A stretch of 64,000 bases of DNA from Prorocentrum cordatum (GCA_963575745.1 CAUYUJ010000126.1:248001-312000), one strand, 5' to 3'. Shown: positions 50,964 to 63,324, numbered from the stretch's first letter. Numbers and translations are program-made. Notes: generated by a model not told the origin, from the sequence alone.

Positions 50964-51224
50964 GTCTCTGGGTTCCCGAACGGACTACGTCCGATTGCTC
51001 CACTCCACTCCTCCTCTTCCTCCTCCTCCTCCGTCATCCTCCCACCTCCCCCGAAAATAGCCAATACCTTCTGAAGGCATGCGAGAGCAATCGACAATAC
51101 CCCCCGACGGCGACGACGATGATACCATTATGGGAGTCGAGGGCCGAGGATCTGATGTCGAACGTCGATGATCCAGGATCAAGGGTGGTAGCCCCGAAAG
51201 GCCAGAGGAGGGCTCAGAGGTGCC

Positions 51225-52070
51225 CCTCCAGGGCCTCGAGCACTCGATCTTTGAAGCCTCGAGCACTCGATCCTCGATCTTTGAAGCCTCAGCAGGGCTC
51301 AGAGGACCCTCGAGCTTTGAAGCCTCGAGCACTCGATCCTCGATCGTCGGCGTCGGCGGCAGCGCCGGGCCAGGCGGAGGCGCGCAGACGCGCTCCCAGG
51401 TGCTGCTCGGGTCCGCCCGCAGGACGACGCCTGGGCTGCCGCCACTCCCTTCGCGCGAGCCGTCGGCGGCGGCGCCGTCGCCGTCGCCGCTGGGCACAGG
51501 GCCTCCATGGGGGCCGCGAGAGATGGCAATCGGAACGTGGCCGCAGGAACGCAGGCCGAACCTCGCCGGCCCGGGGGTGGAAAAGACGTGTGGGACGTTT
51601 ACACGTCCCCCCTCCCTTTGTCCGCCTCCCCCAGGGCCCAAGATCTTGTACAATACACACAGGCGAGAACAACACGCTCAATGAAGGATGTCGCTGGCGC
51701 CTAGGCGGCAGCAGCATTTTTTATCACATATGTGGCGCACGCACACGCCGGAGCATCATTTCGAGACAAGCGTGTCGCCAGAATGCATGTGTCACGCCCA
51801 TTCCGTGCGGGCCTGGCTCGGTGTCACCAAGGTCCGGGTTACGTCAGGTGGGCAGTCCACGTGAAAGGGGGGGTTGTACAAGGGGGGGGTCCCCCTACGA
51901 AGGGGGGGGGTCCCACATGGGGGTTCCCCTACGAAGGGGGGGGGGGTTGTACAAGGGGGGGGGGTCCCCCTTGGGGGTCCCTCTACGAAGGGGGTCCCTC
52001 TACGAAGGGGGAGGGGGGGGTTGTACAAGGGAGGGGGGGGTCCCCCTACGAAGGGGGGGGGGTCCCACAC
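51225..52070. repeat. Two small tandem arrays (cctcgagcactcgatc..., 51225-51345; cccctacgaagggggg, 51865-52070)
   Basis: Direct reading. Confidence 0.8.
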
Positions 52071-53499
52071 GAGCTCACGCACGCACCTCCGAGGCCCTCG
52101 GAGCCTCGAAATCCACCACCCGTGGCCTCCGAGATGCCTCAGGCCTCCCACGACGGCTCAAAGGGGGCACCAACACGCCCGAACGGCCTCTTGCCGTCGC
52201 TCGGACGTCCATTCTCCGTGCATCTTTCGGTTTCGTGCGTGTTTTTTTGCTCGATGGTCCAGGATGGTCCTCGATGGTCCTCGCCGAAAAAAAAATGCAC
52301 ACGTCCGAGCGATGCTAAGGCCTCAAGAACAACCAAGATGGCATCCACACGGCCCACGAGGTCCCAGGGCCCCAAAGACGCCTGAGGAGGGCCCCGAGAG
52401 AACCCCCTAAGAGGGCCTTCAGAAGCGACAACAATTGCTTTGCGCACTTTTTTTGTTGCCTCAAGAAAGAGCGCACTCTCGCCTGTCTGGGCTTCTGCCT
52501 AGCACTGGGCGGTCTGCGAGGACCCCTCAGACCGGCCCATCACGGCCCAAGCCGCCCCCAAGAGGGCACAAGGACAGCCCACTAGGACGCCATGACGGCC
52601 CAACAGGCCTCCAAGATTGCCAAACAGATTCTCAAGAGGGCCCCAGGAGCGGCCCTAAAGCGCTACTGTCAGTTGCGGGAGTCAACCTAGTGGTGCTTGG
52701 CCCCGTAAAATGTTGCTGCGGAATATACGTGCCTCAGCAATTGCATGAATTAATGCGTTCTTAAATTGGCTACATTGTGGAACTACGTGAACATGAGAGC
52801 CTGCTTTTGAATCACATCTTAGATCGACGATGTGTGCGTAGGGGCTCGCTCGTTCGCTCAAGATAATGCTGACCAGGCCCGACGCTGCCACTTATAATCC
52901 CCAAAGCATGCTAGTTACCACAAGATGGCACTATGAATGCCCATGTGCTTCCCCCCCCCACACACACAAAAGGCGCTTCAGAGAACATAGCTATTCAATC
53001 GTAACGTCGATTTGGATATGCAGTTCCCCCGATGACACAAGATGGACCAAAACCAAAAGACCACAAAACTCTCGTGCGCTGTTTGGATCAGTCATGCCCT
53101 AAAGCCAAACCAGCCATGTGACCATTTTTGTTTTCTTCTTTCCTGAGTAACGGTCGTTACCCTACGGGGGGAGGGGGCTTTGGGCGGGAAGCTAACGGTA
53201 ACGGCGGCCGCGGCGTACACCCGTCACGGTGCGTCCGCGCCACCGGCGCATCAATCGCCTGTGTGCACAGCAGCATGCAGGGGGACCCCCCCCCAATGCG
53301 ATCGTCAGCGTGACCCGGGGGGGGAGGGGTGGACCCAGATAACGAGCGTTACCCTGGGGAGGAAAAAAAACGCTCATCATCGAGGCCTACTGTGAAGCTT
53401 CGATCGCCACGTGGGGAGGGTGCACGAGCAGCACCCACTGCTACAGCATGACCGCCTGTCATGACTGATCAGTGGTAATACTTGGTCTTGGCCGTGGCA

Positions 53500-53695
53500 T
53501 CGGTTCCCTGTTCCTGTTTACCTGCTCTAATGCGGTATTGCCTCCCCTCTGCCCAATGCACCGCGAGTGGACGTGAGGAGGATCGGGTAGCACGCCGCAT
53601 CTATCACGTACTTGGCGGCTGTCCTCAGCAGAGGGGCTGGGGGACAGCAAAGTAGTTTGGCCTCATGTGTGTGTAAAGGTATTTCTGCAGATGGC
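53500..53695 (-). pseudogene. Possible BTB/POZ-domain exon or fragment
   Basis: LQKYLYT (one frame) followed by LLRTAAKYVIDA (adjacent frame) matches the BTB C-terminal pattern. Short and frameshifted. Confidence 0.3.
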
Positions 53696-53827
53696 GCGAG
53701 AGAGACAGAAAGAAAGAGAGGGAACGGGTAAGGACAAGGTGGCACTTGACAGAGCTCAGAAGGCGCACTGAAGCTGCCGTCGTTGAGAGAGAGAGGAACA
53801 AACACACACACACAATAACGGAGAACA

Positions 53828-54290
53828 AACCCAATCATAATCTTTTTAAGGCTACGGGGCTATGGGGATATAGGGCTATAGAGCTATAAGGCTCTGGGGC
53901 TATGGGGCTATAGGACTATATGGCTGTAGGGCTATAGGGCTATAAGGCTATAAGGCTATAAGGCTGTGTGACCATAGAGGCATAGGGCAGTAGGGTTATC
54001 GGGCTATAGGGCTATAGCGCACTTGGGCATTTAGGGCTATAGGGCTATGGGGCTACAGGGCAATAGGGCAATTGGGCTATAAGGGTATAAGGCTATAAGG
54101 CCATAGGGCTATAGGGCTACAGGGCTACAGGGCTATTTAGGCTATGGGGCTATAGGGCTGCAGGGCTATAGGGCTATAGGGCTATCAGGCTATAGGGCTG
54201 TAGGGCTGTAGGGCTACCGGGCACCCCCGGGCACCTCCGGGCACCCCCGGGCACCCAGGCACCCGGGCACCCCCGGGCACCCGGGCACAC
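53828..54290. repeat. (gggctata)n 8-mer satellite followed by (ccgggcacc)n
   Basis: Direct reading. Confidence 0.93.
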
Positions 54291-54459
54291 AGGCCGGCCA
54301 CCGAAATCGGCGACGAACCTCACCTAACCATATGAATCCGCTAGGACCCCTACAAAGGCAAGCTCTGAATGGGGAAAAAGACAAGAGAGATGACATAGAG
54401 AGATAGTGAGAGAGGTAAGAGAGACAGAGAAAGAGCGATCTATGTATATATATATATAC

Positions 54460-54491
<32 letters not shown>

Positions 54492-54607
54492 CTGTGAGAG
54501 AGGGTTCAAACTTACGAATTTGTAGAACTACACATGCTTTGAATACTTTGATATCTATATATAAATGTATATATATATATATATATGTGTATAGGACATG
54601 AAGAATG

Positions 54608-56040
54608 CGCCAGCACCCTTGTGGGGCCACCAGGCTGTAGGACGAAGCTTCGCAGTTTCCTGTACCAGTTGCAGCTTCCAGTTCCCACTGTTACAGTTCT
54701 GCTTCTTGCTGCTTACTGTTCCTTGTTGACTTCTTGCTGCTTGCTGTTCCTTGTTGATGGACCGCGCGAGTGGGGGAGGCCCAAAACAGCAATTTTTACA
54801 ACGCCCAAAACGTATGCTCTGAATTTCTGGGGTGGGAAAAAATTGACACCCCTCACGCAGATCGGCGGGGTCAGGGTCCAACTCACAAGGGATTTGCCAC
54901 ATTTCTGAAATTCGGTGGCACCCCTCATGCAGATCGGCGGGGTCAGGGTCCAAAAACAAAACAGGATTTGCCACATTTCTGACATTCGGTGACACCCCTC
55001 ACGCAGATCGGCGGGGTCAGGGCCCAGAAAAACACATGGGATGTGCCACATTTCTGACATTCGGTGGCACCCCTCACGCAGATCGGCGGGGTCAGGGTCC
55101 AAAAACATATAGGATTTGCCACATTTCTAACATTCGGCGGCACCCCTTACGCAGATCGGCAGGGTCAGGGTCCAAAAACACAAAGGATGTGTTACATGTC
55201 TGAAATGTGCTGGCACCCCTTACGCAGATCGGCGGGGTCAGGGTCCAAAAACAAAACAGGATTTGCCACATTTCTGATATTCGGTGGCACCCCTCACGCA
55301 GATCGGCGGGGTCAGGGTGCAAAAACACATGGGATTTGCCACATGTCTGACATTCGGTGGCACCCCTCACGCAGATCGGCGGGGTCAGGGTCCAAAACCC
55401 CTCACGCAGATCGGCAGGGTCAGGGTCCAAAAACACAAAGGATTTGCCACGTTTCTCAAATTCGGCGGCACCCTCACGCAGATCGGCGGGGTCAGGGTCC
55501 AAAAACATATAGGATTTGCCACATTTCTAACATTCGGCGGCACCCCTTACGCAGATCGGCAGGGTCAGGGTCGAAAAACACAAAGGATTTGTTACATTTC
55601 TGAAATGTGCTGGCACCCCTCACGCAGATCGGCGGGGTCAGGGTCCAAAATAACAAAAAGGAATTTGCCACATGTCTGACATTCGGTGGCACCCCTCACG
55701 CAGATCGGCGGGGTCAGGATGCAAAAACAAATGGGATTTGCGACATTCGGTGGCACCCCTCACGCAGATCGGCGGGGTCAGGGTCCAAAACCCCTCACGC
55801 AGATCGGCAGGGTCAGGGTCCAAAAACACAAGGGATTTGCCACATTTCTGAAATTCGGCGGCACCCCTCACGCAGATCGGCGGGGTCAGGGTCCAAAAAC
55901 ACAAGGGACGTGCCACATTTCTGAATCCCGACACTGCTTCACGGCGGCGCCCAGGCCCCATGATTTAGCTTTTGCATCTCCCATTATCCGAGATAAAGGG
56001 GCTGGCGGCATGGGGCGAAGCCCTTACGGATAATGGGGAG
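54608..56040 (+). mobile_element. Helentron/HINE-like non-autonomous element with internal ~73-bp tandem array
   Basis: Sub-terminal IR cgccagcaccctt (54608-20) / aaggggctggcg (55996-56007); 3' hairpin gggc-gaa-gccc (56013-23); unit gcagatcggcggggtcagggtccaaaaa...gatttgccacatttctga over 54847-55925; TA-rich flanks. Confidence 0.65.
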
Positions 56041-56509
56041 CTAGAGAAATATATCCAGAGTGAACGAGAATGCATACATATATATATACATACAGAGAGA
56101 GAGAGAGAGAACGAACTATATATGTATATATGTACAACTGCATATGTATACATATGTATATATATGTATATATATATATATGCATATGCGTATGTATATG
56201 TATATGTATATGCTTATGCATAGGTTTATGCATATATGTACATATGTATGTATTTAGAGAGACGTCAGACGAGCGCGGGCATGAAAGAAGGTGGTGCTTG
56301 GACAGGGCTAGAGCGAGTGATTAAATCCATAATATCATACATAGACATGTGCATACATATGTTCGCCGGCCCAACGGACCAGAAGCGTGCTAACATCTCC
56401 GGTAACTGGTAAACCATATTTCTAGTTCGCGCATGCGGGGCGGCCCCTGGGGGTACGCGACCGAAACAGATCCTGGGCAGGTCCCCTGCAAAGTTCTGCT
56501 CCTGGGCGC

Positions 56510-57035
56510 CGCCTTCAGAGCCTCCCAAGAGCCGCAAGAGCGGCCCAAAGGACCCCCCCCAAGAAGCCCTCTAGGTGGTCCTAGAGGCCTCCGAGACACG
56601 ACACGACCGCTCCGGGACGCCCAAGATGGCCCCAAGACGGCCCAAGAGGCCCCAAAGAAGCCCCAAGAGCGCTCCAAGAGGAGCCCAAAGAGGGCCACAG
56701 GAAGCAACAATTGACTATCCTTGTTTTTTCGAAGTTGTTCGCGTTCTCGCGTTTTCTGGCTTCCGACGCTCCGAGATGGCTCCAGAAGCCTTCAAGAGCG
56801 CCCCAGGACGGCCCGCGAGGCCCCCAAGAGGCCCCGAAACGACCCCAGAGGCACCCAAGATCGCCCAAGAGGGCCCCAAGACGGCCCCAAGAAGAACCCA
56901 AGAGGGGGAACACGTTCCAATTCAAGACTTCCGCCCCAGGAGGCTCCGAGAGGCCCCTGAGAGAGCCCAGGAGGCCCCCACGAGGCCCAGAAAGAGGCCC
57001 TCAAACGGCCCCCCAAGAGGCCCCCACGAGGCCAT
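56510..57035 (+). repeat. Low-complexity ccaagaggcc-type dispersed repeat (also ~6120, 25780, 52310, 60880, 62300)
   Basis: Recurrent cccaagaggccc/ccaagacggccc words. Confidence 0.75.
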
Positions 57036-57434
57036 GAGCGCGCAGGCAAACGCCTGCGATGGCACAAGATGGGCCAGCGGAGTGAGCGAAGCGATTCAGT
57101 ATGGAGCCGATAGCTGCGACGAATCGAAGCGATTAAATAATGAGCGAAAATACCGAACCGACGAAAGCATGAACGACGAATGGAAGCGATTAAATAATTG
57201 CGACGAATCGAAGCGACGAACAATCAAACTGAGCGAAGCGATTAAATAATGTTCGAGGGTCTAGGTCCCACGTGCCCTCGCCCAGACCTCCTTCTCCTAC
57301 GCCCACTCGCGGGTCGAGCTCCCTTGCTGCCGCCCCCCATGCCGCCCTCTCGCCCTCCCTTCCGAAGTCCCCAGTGAATTGCATCGCAGTCCTGAATTTG
57401 GGAAGTTGGACATGCTTGTGTTGTGAGCGGGTGA

Positions 57435-57476
<42 letters not shown>

Positions 57477-57487
57477 GTATATATATG

Positions 57488-57530
<43 letters not shown>

Positions 57531-57533
<3 letters not shown>

Positions 57534-58394
57534 TGATCCACCGCCGCTTTAATGTGGAAAATTGCAGCCCTTTTCCTCCGGAGCCCGGGGGTTCCCCCCC
57601 CCTCCGAAAATCCCCCCCTGCTGGACCCCCCTCCCCCCCTCCCCGGCAACCCCGCCCCCTCTCGTAACCCCCCCCCCCCCCCCTCGAAAACCGGGGGGGG
57701 TCACTACCGGTTCGAACCCCTCCCCACCCCCCCATCTCACGGCCAGCAAACGACTCCCAGTCCCTACCACCGTCCTCACCACATCCCCCACTGTTGTTCC
57801 CAGCACCCCAGCACCACTGTCCTCACCACCACTGTCCCCACTGGTTCCACCACCGCCCCTACTGTCCCCACCAGTACTGTCCCCACCACTTTTCCCACCA
57901 CGGCTCCACTCTCCCAACTTTCTCCACGGCCCCAACCACTGCCCGACTATCCCCACTGTCCCCACTGTCCCACTGACTCCTCCGCTGTCCCACTGAGCTG
58001 TCCCACTGTTCCCACCACTGTCCCCACTGTCCCCATCACTGTCCCCACTGTACCTCTGTCCCATTGTCCCACCGCCGTCCTCGCCACCGCCTTCACCACT
58101 GTCTCCACCACCACTGTACCCTCCACTGTCCTACTGTTTCCACCATATTCCCACTGTCCTCGGTTTTCGAGGGGGGGGGGGGTCGAACCTGTAGTGACCC
58201 CCCTCGGGTTTTCGAGTTCAGGGGGGGGGGGGGGGTTCGAACCGGTAGTGACTCCCCCCCTTTTTCATGATGAACTGGGGGGGGGAGGGTTCGAACCGGT
58301 AGTGACCCCCCCGGTTTTCCGGAGGGGGGGGGGAAGGGGTTCGAACCGGTAGTGACCCCCCCCCCGGTTTTCCGCCAGCAGTGGTAGAACACGC
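57531..58394 (+). mobile_element. TIR element copy A with ccactgtcc minisatellite and GGTTCGAACC motifs
   Basis: Ends gcgtgatccaccgccgct / agcagtggtagaacacgc; microsatellite flanks. Confidence 0.8.
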
Positions 58395-58525
58395 TCTTTC
58401 ATATACATATATATACACATATGTATGTATGTGTGTATGTATGTGTGTATGTATGTATGTATGTATGTATGTATGTATGTATGTATGCATGTATGTATGT
58501 ATGTATGTATGTATGTATGTATGTA

Positions 58526-58556
<31 letters not shown>

Positions 58557-58791
58557 AGGTAGGTAGGTAGGTAGGTAGGTAGGTAGGTAGGTAGGTAGGC
58601 AGGCAGGCAGGCAGGCAGGTAGGTAGGTACGTGTTCATGTATGTATGCATGCATGCATGCATGTATGTATGTATACACATTGTACACGTGTGCACATATT
58701 CATACAGAAAGGAAGAGGTATGGAGTGGCTGCTGTATACATATATATATAAACATAAACATATATACACATAATTATATACATATGAAAGA

Positions 58792-60606
58792 GCGTCTTCT
58801 ACCGCCGCTGGCGGAAAACTAAGGGGGGGTCACTGCGGGTTCCCAACCCGTCCCCCCCCCATCGAAAACCAAGGGGGGGTCACTACCGGTTCGAACACCC
58901 CCCTTCCCCGCCCCGTCTCCGTCCATCATGAAAAGGGGGGGGCGGGTCACTACCGGTTCGAACCCCCCACTCCCCCCTCGCCGCCGGCAAACGATTCTCG
59001 CTCCTCGGGACAGTGGGACAGTGGTGGGGACACTGGGACAGGTGGTGGGGACGGTGGTGGTTGGGGTAGTGGTTTGGGGACAGTGGGACAGTGGCGGAGT
59101 CAGTGGGACAGTGGTGGGACGATGGTGGTGGGGACAGTGGTAAGGGGACAGCGAGACAGTGGTGGGGACAGTGGGACAGTGGTGGGGACGGTAGTGGTGG
59201 GGACAGTGGTGAAGGCGGTGGTGAGGACGGCAGTGGGACAGTGGTACTTTGGGGAGAGTGGTGGGGAGAGTCGTGGGGACAGTGGGACAGTGATGGGGAC
59301 AGTGGGGGCAGTGGGACAGCACAGTGGGACAGCGGCAGAGACAGTGGGGACAGTGGGACAGTGGTGGGAACAATGGGGACAGTGGTGGGGACATTGGGGA
59401 CAATGGGGACAGTGGAACCGTGGTGGGACAATGGGGGGGACAGTGAGACGCTGGTGGGGGCACTCGTGGGGACAGCGGGGACAATGGTGGGAACAGTGGG
59501 GACACTGGCACCGTGGTGGAGCCAGTGGGACAGTGGTGGGCACGGTGGTGGTGGGGACAGTGGTGTGGGGACAGTGGGACAGTGGTGGGGACAGTGGGGA
59601 CAGTGATGGGGACGGTAGTGGTGGGGACAGTGGTGAGGGCGGTGGTGAGGACGGTGGTGGGACAGTGGGACAGGGGTACAGTGGGGACAGTGGTGGGGAC
59701 AGTGGTGGGAACAGTGGGGCAGCTCAGTGGGACAGCCGCGGGGACAGTGGGACAGTGGGGACATTGGTACAGTGGTAGGGACCGTGGGGAAGTGGGGAGA
59801 GTGGGACCGTGGTGGGAACAGTGGCGGGGACAGTGGGGACGTTGCGACAGTGGTGGGGGCACTGGTGGGGACAGTGGGGACGGTGGTGGGAAAAGTGGGG
59901 ACAATGGTGGTGTGGACGGTAGTGCTGGGGACAGCAGTGGGGGATGTGGTGCGGACGGTGGTGGGGATTCGGGAATCGTTTGCCGACGGTGAGGGGGGGG
60001 AAGGGGGGTTCGAACCGGCAGTGACCCCCCCCGGTTTTCTGGAGGAGGGAGGGGAGGGGGGGTTCGAACCGGTAGTGACCCCCTGCGGTTTTCTGGAGCG
60101 GGGGGGGTTCGAACCGGTAGTGACCCCCCCAAGTTTTCCGCTGTCCCACTGTCCCGAGGAGCGGGAATCGTTTGCCGGCGGCAAGGGGGGGGGCGGGGTT
60201 CGAACCGGTAGTGACCCACCTCGGTTTTCTGGAGGGGGGGTGGAGGGGGGGGTTGAAACCCTCCCCAGTTTTCCAGAGGGTGGGGGGTTCGAACCGGTAA
60301 TGATGACCGCTGTCCCACTGTCCCGAGAGCGGGAATCGTTCACTGGCGGCGAAAGGGAGGGGGTGTTCGAACCGGTGGCAACCCCCCATGGTTTTATGGA
60401 AGGGAGGGGGGGAGGGGGGGTTCGAACCGGTAGTGACACCCCCCCGGTTTTTAGGAGGGGTGGGGGGGTGGGCAGGGGTTGGGGGGGGGGGTGCAGGGGT
60501 AAGGGGGTGGGTCCAGCAGGGGGGGATTTTCGAGGGGGGGGGGACCCCAGGGTTCCGGAGGAAGCGGGGGGAGAATTTTCCGCAGTAAAGCGGCGGTGGA
60601 TCACGC
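58792..60606 (-). mobile_element. TIR element copy B, inverted relative to copy A
   Basis: gcgtcttctaccgccgctggcggaaaa at 58792 and taaagcggcggtggatcacgc at 60586-60606 mirror the ends of copy A. Confidence 0.8.
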
Positions 60607-60629
60607 TCTCTCTCTCTCTCTTTCTCTCT

Positions 60630-60706
<77 letters not shown>

Positions 60707-60725
60707 CATATATGCTTATATAAGT

Positions 60726-61535
60726 CCGCCACCGCGCCGCTGGGTACGGAGTGGGCGTGTCCTCAAGTCCTTTGCCCAATCCCCTGAGCCTCAGTCCTCG
60801 ATCATAAGGAGTCTGTGAGGGGCCCCCAAATTGCCACATTTCCCGGGGCTTCCCGAGGCATCTTCACATGTTCGGGTCCAAGAGGGCATCAGGACGTGCA
60901 AAGAGGGCCCCACGAGGCCCCCAAGAAGAGGGCCCTGAGTCGCCGACAGATCGTTCCAAGACGCCCAAGATGGCCTTAACATGGCCCACGAGGCCTCCAA
61001 GACGCCCCACGAGGCCTCCAAGAGGCCTCCTAAGAGGCACAACTTGCATACTTCCTGTTGGTTTCCGAATGATTGTGGCGTTCTCGCCTTTTCGGCCTTC
61101 TGAAGCTGCAAGACGACCCAAGAGGCAACCCAAGACCACCAAAGAACGGCCCACGAGGCCTCCAAGAGGGCCCCAAGACGGCCTGAGAGCGCCCCCTAAC
61201 GGCCCAGGAGGCGCCCAACACGGCCCAAGAGGGCCCCAAGACGGCCCCGAAAGGGTCCCAAGAGAGGGAGCACGAACCGAAAATCCGAGCCTTCCGCCCC
61301 AAGAGGCCCCCAGGTGGTCCCAAGAGGCGCCCAAGAGGCACCAAGAGGCCGAGGCCCCCTAAGAGGCCCCCAAGACACCCAAAAGAGGCCCCAAGAGGCC
61401 CCAAAACGGCCCCCAAGAGGCATCACAACTGCCTCCAAGAGGCCCGGGAGCGGCCTCCTTCGAGATCCCAGCGAACATCCAATAGGCTTCGTACCCACAA
61501 CCCAGGCACTGTGGCGGGATGGGCCGAAGGCCATC
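60726..61535 (+). mobile_element. Second Helentron/HINE-like element
   Basis: Sub-terminal IR ccgccaccgcgcc (60726-38) / ggcactgtggcgg (61505-17); 3' hairpin ggcc-gaa-ggcc (61522-32); (TA)n on both sides. Confidence 0.6.
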
Positions 61536-61561
61536 TGACTGACATATACATATTGAATGTG

Positions 61562-61599
<38 letters not shown>

Positions 61600-61729
61600 T
61601 ATGTATGGAGAGAAAGAGGGGGAGAGAGAGAGAGAGAGACACAAAAAAGAAAGAACGACACATAGAGAGAGAGAGAGAGAGACAAACACGATCAGAAACA
61701 CAGAGATACAGAGTGGGAGGAAACAAAAC

Positions 61730-61801
61730 AACCAGACAGACAGAGACAGACAGGCAGGCAAAACGACAGACAGACCGAGACAGACAAGACAAGCCAAGAC
61801 A

Positions 61802-61834
<33 letters not shown>

Positions 61835-61855
61835 CGCAGACAGACAGACAGACTT

Positions 61856-61906
<51 letters not shown>

Positions 61907-61924
61907 GGCAAACAGGCAGACAGG

Positions 61925-61968
<44 letters not shown>

Positions 61969-62045
61969 CCGACAGGCCGACCGACGGACGGACTGACAGA
62001 CAGACAGACAGAGAGAAAACGCGCGATAGAGAGAGAGAGAGAGAG
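61730..62045. repeat. (GACA)n/(GA)n microsatellite
   Basis: Direct reading. Confidence 0.95.
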
Positions 62046-63324
62046 GATGGGTGGAGCGGAACTCAAGGGAGGGAGGAGGAAGGAGGGCAAGGGGGAGGGG
62101 CAGAAGGGGGAGTAGGGCCAGCGTCAAACATCTGTCATGTGCTAGAAACCCAGGCCCCGGGCTCCCCGGGGCCGCAGCACACACGAGGTTCCCCATCGTC
62201 CCCGCGCCCAGAGGCAGCACACTCCCCCCCCCCCCCCTAATTGACCCACTTTCGCCCCAGAGGCCAGCGAGTCCTTTCGAGGTCTCCAGGGGGGCTGTCT
62301 GGACCTCCAGGGGCTTCCAAGAGGGCTCACGAGGACGCCAAGAGGCCACCAAGATGGCCCAAGACGCTCCAGTCACCCCTGGACGGCCGTGGAGGCCACA
62401 ATATGCTTCAAGAGAGCCAAGGGAGCTTTCAAGATTGCCCAAGGGTCGGGCGTTGGTAGAACTGGGTTTAGTGGAACCTGTTTTAGTGATCTCTACTGGG
62501 GGCGCCCCCCCGTCCCATTTCCACTACCTGGAACTGCCGTCACCCGAAAAAACACCAGCTATGGCAAACCTGGTTTAGTGATTCTGGCCAATTCGAAGGC
62601 TCCGGGGCCCTACCACTAACTGGGTCCCCTTACCCGGGGTCCTGGCCATACCCGAAAGGGGGCTCCGAGACGGCCCCAAGAGAGCCAAAGAGGTTCCAAG
62701 ATGCCCCCCCAATAAACAGGCCTCTGGAGGAATCGGAGAGGACCCGAGGGAGGAGGACGACGAGGAGGAGGAGGAGGAGGAGGAGGAGAGGGAAGGGGAC
62801 CAGACCTCTGAGAGAGCGCGTTTCACGGGCGCTTGCCTTGGGAACATTCGGCGGCGCGTTTCGAACCGGAGGGTGGGCCCCTCCCCTCCCAAGACTCGGC
62901 GCCGTCGATCAGAACCAGGGGGCCCCCCCTCCCCCCTATAGCCCCCCCCTCCCGAACCGCCCCCCCCCCCGCTCCCAAGGGGGGGGGTCCAAAACCCCCC
63001 CCCCGCGCCGGCGCCGGCGCTGGCGGCCGCCGCAGCGCCGCCAACGCAGCGACGATGACCCGAGAGGGCCCAGGAGTGGGGGGGGGGTTCAGATCCCCCC
63101 CAAGCGCCAGCGCCGGCGCTGGCGGCGGCCAGCAGCGCCGACGGCGGGGACGCAGCGACGATGACCAGAGAGGGCCGGAGGCTGCAGAGGGAACACACAA
63201 ATCGCCATATCGAGCCCTCGCATGCTCCCCACACGCCCCCGAAACCCTTCTGACGAAACCTCAAAAGGCATCCATGAGAAGTCTGACCGTTTGCCAAAAC
63301 ACAGTGGCGGGAAGAGCCGAAGGC

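Larger units (their letters stand above)
44002..51007 (+). mobile_element. Near-intact full-length non-LTR retrotransposon (APE-RT-RNase H type), SL-capped, inserted in (CCT)n
   Basis: SL at the 5' end, two long ORFs with all LINE domains, a structured 3' UTR, and a 16-bp direct repeat ctcctcctcttcctcc at 43986-44001 and 51008-51023. Confidence 0.95.

Noticed and set aside
52700..53100. Possible RT remnant on the minus strand
   Set aside because: Motif similarity too weak.
57700..60440. tRNA genes suggested by GGTTCGAACC
   Set aside because: No cloverleaf, D-arm or A box; the motif is part of a repeat.
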